Shown piece after piece: positions 18,178 through 27,000 of a stretch of DNA of 42,464 nucleotides. The notes beneath the pieces are model-generated. The model saw only the letters and a list, made by a program, of their open reading frames with translations. It had not been told where the DNA came from and ran no database searches. This stretch comes from a virus (lineage: Duplodnaviria > Caudoviricetes), in IMG/VR virus record IMGVR_UViG_3300032257_000034, positions 1-42,464 of that record. One strand, written 5' to 3'. Made by a program: the position numbers and the translations under genes. The stretch's first letter is position 1. The number at the start of each line of letters is the position of its first letter.

Positions 18178-18206
18178 AAGGAGGATTGTGTCGAGACGGC
18201 GGGAGG

Positions 18207-18407
18207 TCATTCTGAACTAGTCTCGACGGTGTTCAGAACGTTGGTAACTTGTTTTCTTTTTTCTAACGCGAGCTGTGATTCTGTTTGTATAATCTTTGTA
18301 AAAAAAGAATGAGCTTTGGCAACCTCACCATTTTGAACTTGGTCGGTTAAGAATATAAAAGCACTATCTATTCGTTTGGTTTGGAGTTCAATTTCTTCGT
18401 TACGCAC
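18207..18407 (-). CDS. Hypothetical protein
   Basis: Overlapping, operon-like packing. Confidence 0.6.
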   Translation of the reverse strand: MRNEEIELQTKRIDSAFIFLTDQVQNGEVAKAHSFFTKIIQTESQLALEKRKQVTNVLNTVETSSE

Positions 18408-18693
18408 TGGTCACCTCGATATCTATCTGCTTGCCTATTTGTTTGGCTATTAGAATAATAAAATCTTTAAGCTGGTTTGAATGTGTTCCGAAAACGATTA
18501 TTTTCGGCTCATCATTCGACTGTATAATATGATGTAATTTTTGTGGCAAACCTAAGTAACACGTATGTTCACCATCTTTATACTGCTGTTTTTTATACTT
18601 ATTTGTTATCCAGGCCGAATAATCTGGCTCACCTTTTGGAGCTGAAAATATACTTTTTCCTGGTCGGGTATCGATGTAGGTTACGTTATTCAT
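18400..18693 (-). CDS. Hypothetical protein
   Basis: ATGA overlap with the upstream gene. Confidence 0.65.
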   Translation of the reverse strand: MNNVTYIDTRPGKSIFSAPKGEPDYSAWITNKYKKQQYKDGEHTCYLGLPQKLHHIIQSNDEPKIIVFGTHSNQLKDFIILIAKQIGKQIDIEVTSA

Positions 18694-19052
18694 AATTCGA
18701 AACTTATCTCTGCATTAAAGGCTTTTACGAAGGCTATTACGTTTGGGTCTGACAATAACTTCGCCATTGCCGGGCGGCTTCGCTTTAAGCAACGCCAGGT
18801 TAAATTCCATGCGACCATATCCATTCGGTCGTTTGTAGTGCGCTTATGATCTGGTAATGTTTCAACATAACGAGCACGTCTGACTAATCTGGTTATAAAA
18901 AATGAATTTTCTTTTTTAGCTTTAGCAAAACGAAATCGGGACACGTCCGGTAGTGGCGGAATGTTTTCCCAGATAGGTTTTTTCTTAGTGCTCATAAGAT
19001 TACTTACTTTGCATTGCGGCAACATGTGCGGCTGATAAATTAAGAGACTCAT
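18690..19052 (-). CDS. Hypothetical protein (start probably later, MSTKKKP)
   Basis: Operon packing. Confidence 0.6.
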   Translation of the reverse strand: MSLLIYQPHMLPQCKVSNLMSTKKKPIWENIPPLPDVSRFRFAKAKKENSFFITRLVRRARYVETLPDHKRTTNDRMDMVAWNLTWRCLKRSRPAMAKLLSDPNVIAFVKAFNAEISFEL

Positions 19053-19299
19053 AAAACATTAATGTATTTCTATACATTAATAACGTTTCAAGAAAACGTA
19101 ATTCGGCCGACGCTTCATCAAAAGAAAATGATCGAGCAAAGTTACCCATTGCATCTAGCGCACCTTGATGTTTTGTGTCTATCATTTGTGCCAGGCCAAG
19201 ATTTCGCCAGTCCTGCTTATTTGAACACTCCCAAATAAGCTCAATCGCAACTAAGCAACCGGCTGGCAACTCTTCTATTGCTGCTTTTATACTACTCAT
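19000..19299 (-). CDS. Hypothetical protein
   Basis: ATGA overlap with the tyrosine recombinase stop. Confidence 0.65.
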   Translation of the reverse strand: MSSIKAAIEELPAGCLVAIELIWECSNKQDWRNLGLAQMIDTKHQGALDAMGNFARSFSFDEASAELRFLETLLMYRNTLMFYESLNLSAAHVAAMQSK

Positions 19300-19931
19300 G
19301 CTGCTACCTCTTCGGCTGTTACCGCTATTTCTTCTTTGTCTGGCAGGGTGTAAATAAGTGTGCTGCGCGGGTCGGTATGGTCCAGGAGTACTTGCGCTAC
19401 CTTTTGCGGGTCGGCCGCTGTTGAATTTTTTATAATGCGCTTGGCAAAGGTGTGCCTAAACCAGTGCGGTGAGGCGTTGGCATTAATACCTGAGGCTTCT
19501 CGCCAGTGTTGTACTCGGTCTTGAACAGTACGAATAGCGATACGATTTCCCTTGCGAGACATCAAGAGTGGTGAATCGTCGTTTAATGGGTAGCCTAGTA
19601 GGCGGCGAACTTTTAATAATTCACGTACTGCTTTACGTGCTTTTTCATTACAGTAAATTTTAGTATCGTGCTTTTTACCTTTAAGCACTTCTTTTTTAAG
19701 ATTGAATTTTTTGTCTTTTACAGCTGTTTTTGCATCGAGAACATTTAGTGCCACGAGTGTTCCTACTCGCAAACCGGTATTGCGCATAATTTTAAAGGCA
19801 TAAAAATCACGGGTTGCTAATAATCCCGGTACATTTTCTTTATTCATTGTTGCTTTTATGGCGCTAAAAAACTGGCGCTCTTCTTGCTCAGTTAAATAAC
19901 GGTCGAAATCTTTTCTATTTTGTGCGTACAT
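19296..19931 (-). CDS. Short tyrosine recombinase (catalytic domain only, FimB/FimE-sized)
   Basis: TGLRV, LKG, PHWFRH, LLDH and TLIYT motifs; 211 aa with no N-terminal binding domain. Confidence 0.9.
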   Translation of the reverse strand: MYAQNRKDFDRYLTEQEERQFFSAIKATMNKENVPGLLATRDFYAFKIMRNTGLRVGTLVALNVLDAKTAVKDKKFNLKKEVLKGKKHDTKIYCNEKARKAVRELLKVRRLLGYPLNDDSPLLMSRKGNRIAIRTVQDRVQHWREASGINANASPHWFRHTFAKRIIKNSTAADPQKVAQVLLDHTDPRSTLIYTLPDKEEIAVTAEEVAA

Positions 19932-19954
19932 GGCTCGGTCACCTCTTTGTATTG

Positions 19955-20308
19955 TTATTTATAAAAATGTAACTGCGTATTTTCGTACAACGAAATAAAT
20001 TCAACTAAAAAACGCGACGGTTTATTTGATGCAGTCCACTCAGCGGCACGTATTGAGATAAAAACGCCTAGTGTGGACATGTCTAAATAATCGCCAGGCA
20101 ATAAAACACAGCTTAATTTTTTATTACTCTTTTGATTGGTAATATGAACAGCAAGTTCAAACGCTGCTTTCGAGTTTGACTCCCTAACAATAAATCGAAT
20201 TAATGTGTTATCTATAAAGATTGATTGAGCATTTAAAAACCAACGCCGTATATATGCGTATTGTTTTGGCGGTTGGTTTTTATTGGTAATTTGGTAGAAG
20301 ATAGCCAT
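19955..20308 (-). CDS. Hypothetical protein
   Basis: Coupled to the upstream ORF. Confidence 0.6.
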   Translation of the reverse strand: MAIFYQITNKNQPPKQYAYIRRWFLNAQSIFIDNTLIRFIVRESNSKAAFELAVHITNQKSNKKLSCVLLPGDYLDMSTLGVFISIRAAEWTASNKPSRFLVEFISLYENTQLHFYK

Positions 20309-20502
20309 TATTTTTTAACCTCTTCAGTGTTGCCTGTTTCTGTACTGCTAGCTTTTGTTTTTTTTGAATAATGCTCGATGAGCGCAGGACCAAAAAAAGC
20401 CATGAAGATACCTGATGAAATATTGAGATGTTCACCAGGCTTCATGTTGTCACTTACTGAGGTAATGCCTTTTTTTCTCATTTCATCTGCAGCAGTACTC
20501 AT
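20308..20502 (-). CDS. Hypothetical protein
   Basis: ATGA overlap with the CII-like gene. Confidence 0.6.
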   Translation of the reverse strand: MSTAADEMRKKGITSVSDNMKPGEHLNISSGIFMAFFGPALIEHYSKKTKASSTETGNTEEVKK

Positions 20503-20975
20503 GGCTCACCAACCGTTTGAATATGAATGGATTCAAGACGTTTAACCATTTCGAGTAAGGTAGATATTCTTTGTTGCGCTGAGTCACGAATTTGTTTCAT
20601 TTCATCGTGTTTAATTTTCCCGTCTTCCAGTGATTCTCGTACCGCCTTGGCGAACTCCCCTTCTTTTTCGATAAGGGTTGCCCATATATCCAGTAGAGCT
20701 GAGTCGCTAACGTAATCAATCATTTGTAGCTGAATAAAAACGCCGCCTAATTCCATGCAATACGATTGAGCAATACTAAAGTCGCTCGCGGTTCGTTGAA
20801 TGGGTATAGATTCGCGTAATGTTAAATGATGTGTTTCGCAGCCTGGGTCGGCTTTGTTATTAAGCGTGCCGGCGTTCATGTTAATTTTAGGTGCTAGCGC
20901 ACCCGGACCGGATTTTTTACCGTCTTTAAAATTATGAATAGTTTTGTATATTGCGTCGTCTAATGAATCCCACAT
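20499..20975 (-). CDS. Phage regulatory protein, CII family (186/CP76-like)
   Basis: G..ALA......GTL.NK..P....H.LTL.E motif and E.GE.A..V...LEDG.I...E motif; first gene after the cro-position regulator. Confidence 0.8.
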   Translation of the reverse strand: MWDSLDDAIYKTIHNFKDGKKSGPGALAPKINMNAGTLNNKADPGCETHHLTLRESIPIQRTASDFSIAQSYCMELGGVFIQLQMIDYVSDSALLDIWATLIEKEGEFAKAVRESLEDGKIKHDEMKQIRDSAQQRISTLLEMVKRLESIHIQTVGEP

Positions 20976-21009
20976 GTGGAATTGCCCCCTTTGTACACTG
21001 TTATCAAAG

Positions 21010-21123
21010 GAGACTACTGGCTAGTATTCGTATGCATGTTACAATTGCATCACGAGGTGAATCGGTGCCAAAGCCAGTAGCCTCTACCATCGAACACCCA
21101 CGGCCTGCATGCTGTGGGTGTTC
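21010..21123 (-). promoter_or_regulatory. Structured leader (two stems) between the Arc-like gene and CII
   Basis: 13-bp stems at 21010-21022/21072-21084 and 21092-21104/21111-21123. Confidence 0.55.
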
Positions 21124-21133
21124 ACTTTTTAAT

Positions 21134-21286
21134 TTATGCCGCTTCCTGTTTCAGCGAATCATTCAAGCGGCGTGTTATTTCCGCATTTCGGCTAGCGCCG
21201 TTTTTTCTGGCTTCTTTATCCAATTTTTTAACCATTTTTGTCGGCAATCTGGCGGTAAATATCGCGGTGCGTTTCACTTTTTTCAT
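21134..21286 (-). CDS. Arc-family ribbon-helix-helix regulator in the Cro position (50 aa)
   Basis: FTARLP......L...A..NG.S.NAEI..RL..SL Arc signature. Start reassigned to ATG 21286 (AGGA RBS). Confidence 0.8.
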   Translation of the reverse strand: MKKVKRTAIFTARLPTKMVKKLDKEARKNGASRNAEITRRLNDSLKQEAA

Positions 21287-21322
21287 GATAATCCTAAGTC
21301 CATGTATATTAATAGTAGATGT

Positions 21323-21398
21323 AGTACCAAAGTGGTACTTAATGGTTACACGGTGTGTATAACATGTCAACCATTTATTGTGGCATCATACTGATACC
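21323..21398. promoter_or_regulatory. Operator palindromes of the divergent switch
   Basis: AGTACCA-AAG-TGGTACT (21323-21339), TACAC-GGT-GTGTA (21347-21359) and GGCATCA-TAC-TGATACC (21382-21398). Confidence 0.6.
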
Positions 21399-21836
21399 AT
21401 GAGTAGAGACATAAATCCGTACGGTTTAAGGATGCCCCCAGCCTTAAAAGAAGTACTGGAGAAGCAGGCTGAGGGATCGCTTCGCAGTTTAAACGCTGAG
21501 ATAGTTGCTCGATTAACTGAAAGTTTAAAAAATGACGGGTTTATTTTAAGTAACAGTGGAATAAAAGATGAGCCTCAAATTTATACGGTTAGCCCTGGCA
21601 AACTAAATAAAGGTCAACTTAACCAACATTACAAAAAAGAGAGCGTTGATTATTTAACACTTACCATTGCTATTGAAGCGGGCGAACAGCAAATCGCTTC
21701 AGAAAAGAAAAAGTATACTGCTCGAAAAAAAGCGCTTTTATTTTCCTTACTATATGATTCAATAGACGAGGAAGAGCCAAGCCTTGATAATGTCGATAAG
21801 AGAACAATAAAAATGCTTATGGAATTGGCCGGTTAA
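21399..21836 (+). CDS. Arc/Mnt-family repressor with C-terminal extension, in the CI position
   Basis: PYGLRMP..LK..L...A....RSLNAEIVARL.ESL. Start reassigned to ATG 21399, possibly leaderless. Confidence 0.82.
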   Translation: MSRDINPYGLRMPPALKEVLEKQAEGSLRSLNAEIVARLTESLKNDGFILSNSGIKDEPQIYTVSPGKLNKGQLNQHYKKESVDYLTLTIAIEAGEQQIASEKKKYTARKKALLFSLLYDSIDEEEPSLDNVDKRTIKMLMELAG

Positions 21837-21863
21837 AATTTAAAAAATACATGGGTTGCTTAA

Positions 21864-22472
21864 ATGAATTTAATAAAAAATATTTTAATCTTAGTTTTAA
21901 CTGTGCTGTTAATTAGTTGTACAGCCATACCTAATTACACGCCTCCGTTAAGCGCAGTCAAATATCCTGTTTCAGTAACTATTAACAAATCAAAAAATGA
22001 GCTATGGCCGATTTTAATGAAAGAGCTTAGTAATGAGTTTTTTGTTATAAATAACATAGATAAAAGTTCAGGCTTAATTAATTTGTCATATGATGTTGAC
22101 CCAACTAACTATATTGACTGTGGTTTTATTTCTTTTAATTCGGAATCTAATATTGACAAACAAAAGGCATCATCAAAAATGATTAAATTTCCATTTAATG
22201 GACCTTTTGAAAATTCTGCAATCCGTACTTATAGATATATGTCTTTATCTGGGCGGATAAACGTTTTCGTTAACCAAGTCAAAAAATACAAGACGGTAGT
22301 GAAAGTTAATATCCGCTATAAAATATCAAAGCGTGTAGAAAGAAAGGGGGCCTACCCTTATGTTTCAAATGCTGTTTCAAATTCAAATGATAGAGCCGTG
22401 TTTAGAGAGGGAACTATATGTTACCCAACAGGTAAGCTTGAAAGAAAAGTTCTTGATGCTATAGAAATGTAA
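21864..22472 (+). CDS. Lipoprotein moron, possibly lysogenic conversion or superinfection exclusion
   Basis: Signal peptide with LIS-C lipobox; AT-rich; co-oriented with the repressor. Confidence 0.7.
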   Translation: MNLIKNILILVLTVLLISCTAIPNYTPPLSAVKYPVSVTINKSKNELWPILMKELSNEFFVINNIDKSSGLINLSYDVDPTNYIDCGFISFNSESNIDKQKASSKMIKFPFNGPFENSAIRTYRYMSLSGRINVFVNQVKKYKTVVKVNIRYKISKRVERKGAYPYVSNAVSNSNDRAVFREGTICYPTGKLERKVLDAIEM

Positions 22473-22565
22473 CTATTGTTTCAAATTTCATCGTCTTCTA
22501 TCTATTTTCTACAGTGATTCATTTCTAACTTATTTAAAAAATAACAATATTCCATAAATATTTTT

Positions 22566-24053
22566 TCATTTTGTATTTTTCCATTTTAGCGATACACATT
22601 TTAAACCCAAAGGCTTGTCTCGTTTCAAATCTCTATTTCCTATAATAATAGCCCCATCATGCAACAAACTACTTGCAGGAGGTGCGCTAGCATCATTTTT
22701 TCCTAGAAGGTGATGCTCGTAAAGGTCTTGTATTACAGGAGAGACTGGATCTAAATAAACGATCGTTTTCCCTGTTGGCACATTAATAAATGGATGGGGC
22801 ACTACGTTCATGTCGGCATTTTTAATAGCCTGGTCTACCTCAATATAAATAAACCCATCCGTTTTTAATCGTTGGCTTACCATTTTACGATTAGACAAAG
22901 ACCCTGTAATTTGCATTTCGCGCCAGTTAGGTATTTCAACTTCAATAAGTCTTTTTTTAATGTAATATTCGCCCTTTTCTCCTTTGGCATCGGCCACCGT
23001 ATTGGTAGGGCCGTTATACATCCAAGGCGGATCGATTGACGAGGCTATGCTTTCTATTTTGCCTGTAGCATTATCAACCGTGGCGAACATAAATAAAAGT
23101 ATTTGGCCATCGGCTGAAATATAAGGCGGTGATGAGTTTATGTAATAAATTCGAGCATAAGCCGTACCAAGTGTGCTGCTTGTAACCCTTATGGACGTTG
23201 TAGACGTAAACCCGGTAGACGTTGTGTTCCCTTCTATAAATTGAGAAGACGCTACAGTACTCGCAATTGATGCTCTAGATAAAATGCCTCTAAATGTATA
23301 CGATGGAGCTACCAATATAGCATTTGCCGATGCGCCGCTGGTGCCGGCCGCAATACTAACGTCCTGGATAACTTCTTTTATTTCAGGTTGACCTATAGAG
23401 TTAACATCAATGGTCGATTGGTTAACGCTATTGACTATTGCTAACGCACCTAAACCTAAATTGTTCCGTGCAGTTGCGGCACTAGCTAAATCTGATAAAT
23501 TATTTGCAACCCAAAGAAAAGAGTTGGCATGTTTCCCGTCGACTAAATCTGCGTCCAGTCCGGAGCCTACTCCATCAATCGTTATCAAAGAGGCTAATAT
23601 TTCACTTGCCGTCATGTCGGCCGTGGCAGCTGCCTCTATGTTAGCTAATTTATTAAAGTTAAACGATGACATGAATCCGGCTGTTGATGCAGTAGCCGAT
23701 GCATGTAACGCACCTCCGCTACGCGCACCATGAGCGGTATCGTTAAATCGCCCTGCAGGTAAGGTTCCCGCATTTAAATTGCTGGCGTTGCGGTAATAAG
23801 ATCCTGTTTGGCTGTTAAGCTGGTCTGAATTGCGCACCTTCATTTCGAACAATGTCGACAACGCACTCCATACGGTGCCGTCCCATTTTTCAAAGCGGGC
23901 ATTAGTTGAATTCCATTGTTTTGCATTAACGGGTAAGTTGGTTAATGGCGCAACACCTTCTAGCATTGTTAGATTAGCTTGATTGTTTTCAACGATTGAA
24001 GCTAATAAGACTAAATAGCCCTGACTTGATAATGGATTGTTAAAATCGGCCAT
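22566..24053 (-). CDS. Tail fibre / receptor-binding protein
   Basis: Last tail gene; carries GSGLDADLVDG and NNLSDL..AATARNNLGLG fibre motifs. Confidence 0.8.
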   Translation of the reverse strand: MADFNNPLSSQGYLVLLASIVENNQANLTMLEGVAPLTNLPVNAKQWNSTNARFEKWDGTVWSALSTLFEMKVRNSDQLNSQTGSYYRNASNLNAGTLPAGRFNDTAHGARSGGALHASATASTAGFMSSFNFNKLANIEAAATADMTASEILASLITIDGVGSGLDADLVDGKHANSFLWVANNLSDLASAATARNNLGLGALAIVNSVNQSTIDVNSIGQPEIKEVIQDVSIAAGTSGASANAILVAPSYTFRGILSRASIASTVASSQFIEGNTTSTGFTSTTSIRVTSSTLGTAYARIYYINSSPPYISADGQILLFMFATVDNATGKIESIASSIDPPWMYNGPTNTVADAKGEKGEYYIKKRLIEVEIPNWREMQITGSLSNRKMVSQRLKTDGFIYIEVDQAIKNADMNVVPHPFINVPTGKTIVYLDPVSPVIQDLYEHHLLGKNDASAPPASSLLHDGAIIIGNRDLKRDKPLGLKCVSLKWKNTK

Positions 24054-24055
24054 AA

Positions 24056-27000
24056 TTAATTACCTTTTATTTTCCAGCTAAAGGGCCCGTCCACACGTAT
24101 ACCTGTGATCGAGTCAAATAAATAAACAACAAATTGAGTGGGGTTAGAACCTACAGGCAGCGGTGCAGACGTTGATACCGATGTAGTACCGGCGTAAGTG
24201 ATTGTAATCGATTCAACAGCTACAAATGATTTTTTAAAAACAATAGGCGTTCCACCTACATCGCCCGCAACTGCGACGGCATTACCTGACTCTATAATTT
24301 CTTCTACACTTAATTGAACATTAAGCTGCTTAAGTAAAGCCAGATCGTCTCCGCCGATTGATGTAAAATCAAGTTTTACTTTTACATATCTAAAATCTGA
24401 CGCAAATACCTGGTCAACCCCTATGGTGTCTGTCCAGGCGTCGCCTAAATTTAATTTATAACTGATTGTTGTTTGTGTTGTTACAGTGCCGGTCAGTACT
24501 AGCATGTTTTTAATAACAGATATCAATGTGCCTTCAAGTGCTACACCATAATCAAATGTTTCTTCATAGCTGCTAGTGGTTTCAGATGGCATTGCATAAT
24601 ACGAATAACCGGCAGTAATTTGAGCGTCTGGATCTATCAAGGCATTATTTACAAAATGATCGGCCCATGTTTCCGTGGTATTAACTGGTGTTAGCAGGTC
24701 ACCGTCCTGGTTAACAAAACAATTCGTTTTTGTACCTGAATAATCGCTTAACCAATCTTCCCTTAAAATAAAACCGGGAGGGTTGCTCACATTGGCCGCA
24801 ACTGATATCTCGGTTCCCTGGTTGCCGGCAATATCTATCGCTGCAACCCAATAGGTATATATACCACCGGTTATTTCGGTTAATAAATTAAAGGTGCCGG
24901 TAATGGTGTAAAGTTCGGCCGACGTGGCAAAAGTATCACCTTTATAAATTTTGTATTCTTTTACGGGTAACGTTCCGGGCGTAGCTACCCACTTTAAAGC
25001 AACCTGATTTTGTATGACATCTCGGGTTAGCCCGCTTACACCAGGGGCTATTACTGTAACGTCGACGGATGCCGGTGTTCCGTCATTATCGGCTACGTCT
25101 ACTGGCGTTACCCACCACGTTCTTGAACCTAACCAGTTAGCCGTGATGCTAAAACGATTTGCATTTATTATGGCTACAACATTATCACCTTCAGCGGCAC
25201 CATAACTTATTCTATAGCCTTTAATGGGTAAGCTTCCAGCAGCGGCAGTGTAATTTAGTACCAGATTACCCGCAGCAAAACTGGCTGTAATATTTGGCGG
25301 GTTTGCGCCGACAACCGTAATACTGACTTGTGCTGCATTTGCAGAAACGTTTCGCGGCCATGACGCGTCACGTGCTTTAACCAGGTAATTATGAACGCCT
25401 GCAGTCAGCCAACTAAGGGGATACTCATTTGCATCTATACGGCCAAGAAGTGTGGCTGTGTCCCAGGCTGCTCCCTCTCTAATTTCGTAATCTAATAAAT
25501 CAGCGGCATTAACATCGTCCCATTTTAAAACAGGGTTTGTTGCTGTAATGCTTATTTGTAAATTAGTAACATCATCCGGGGGTTGATTTTGGCCGATAAT
25601 TGTATACGTGGTAAAGAACTTTCCGGCACTGCTATAAACACCGCTAGTATTTAAAACGGTTACTTCGATATCGACATTGCCTACATAAGTCCACAAAAAT
25701 TCTGATCGACGATCAAATGTTCTATCAATAATTTGTAAAATCTCACCATTGGGTGCAGCACGAACAACAGCAAAACTATAAGGACCAGTGGTATCCCACG
25801 TAACAGCAATGCGTACTCCATAACTATTGCCCACATTTATAAGCGTATCACTAACCTCCAGTTTAATAATGGTTGGTGCTACTGCAGCCGGAGACGTTGG
25901 GTTATAAGTATAACTGTTCGACTCACTTAAATAATAATCATCAACTTCGTCAACCGCTGTTAAGCGCACATAGTGGTCATCTATTGGTTTAACGTCGGTT
26001 ATTTTAACCAACTTACCGGGTGTTGCTTGCGGCTCAAAGAAAAATTTATAGTCAACCGGTTGGTGGTTTGGGTTGTTGTTAGGAAAATAAGTTTGAGCAG
26101 GTCCTGCATTTTGCCAGATTACCGTGCCATCAACGACCGTGTCACCTTCAGTTAATGGCCATATCGGCTCACTTACATCCGTTGTACCTGCAGTTATTGC
26201 TATATAGAAATAGCCGTTGGTAACCGTTGGCTGAACTTCATCATTTGAAATATGAGCTATTGTTGCAGCCCAACCATTTTTAACAATTAACGTTTTTAGT
26301 AATACTGTGTCGGTTGAACCCGAAACAAATGTAACACTATAAATATCTGAAGAGCCGTCTGGATAAATCAAACGAATGTAATGATTAAATCCACTTGAAA
26401 AAATAACATCTCTATCTAAAAAAAGTTGATTGTTTGTTCCTGATATAAGCCGGCCTGAATACGCCCATTGGGTTAAATCGTGTGACAAACCAACAACGTC
26501 CCCGCGGGTTACCACCAGCCCTTCTATATCGGTTTCCCAGGTAGTTGCCCTACGGCGGTACTCGGTTTCAGCCATTATAAGATTGGCTTCCTTTCCTGCC
26601 ATCACGCTGTCGGTGCAGCCCATTAACTCGACGGTTAATGTTTCCAGTGGATTGGTGATACCCGTTGCAAGAGCTCGAACCGTATCCGGTTGCCAGTTAA
26701 GCGCGGGGTTTATAAAATTAAGTGCAACCTCATCATAACGTCGCTTACGTGCATAATTTATTATAAATGAACCTTGTTTAATGTTAGACATGCCAAAAAA
26801 AGCAACCGGCAACTGGTTGCCCTGGTCCCATATAACGCCGACCTTGCCAGTACCCCGAGTCGGGTGCGCCCGACCTGTACGAGCAATGATAATAAGCTGT
26901 TGCTCTACGCTCATATCGCGGTCGAATACCAGATTACAACTTAAGCCTTTACTGGTACACCAGGCGCCCCATTCTTTAATGGCTTCTAAATCCATATCGG

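Noticed and set aside
10004-19931. Protelomerase / linear plasmid-prophage, or Mu-type transposition
   Set aside because: The tyrosine recombinases look Xer-like, no long perfect telomere palindrome or par genes were seen, and no DDE transposase is present.
5037-24087. Other GGCCCT occurrences (near 2351, 5038, 23007, 24082)
   Set aside because: All lie inside coding sequence. The two checked (5038, 24082) lack a convincing -10 at the 22-nt spacing; 2351 and 23007 were not examined further.
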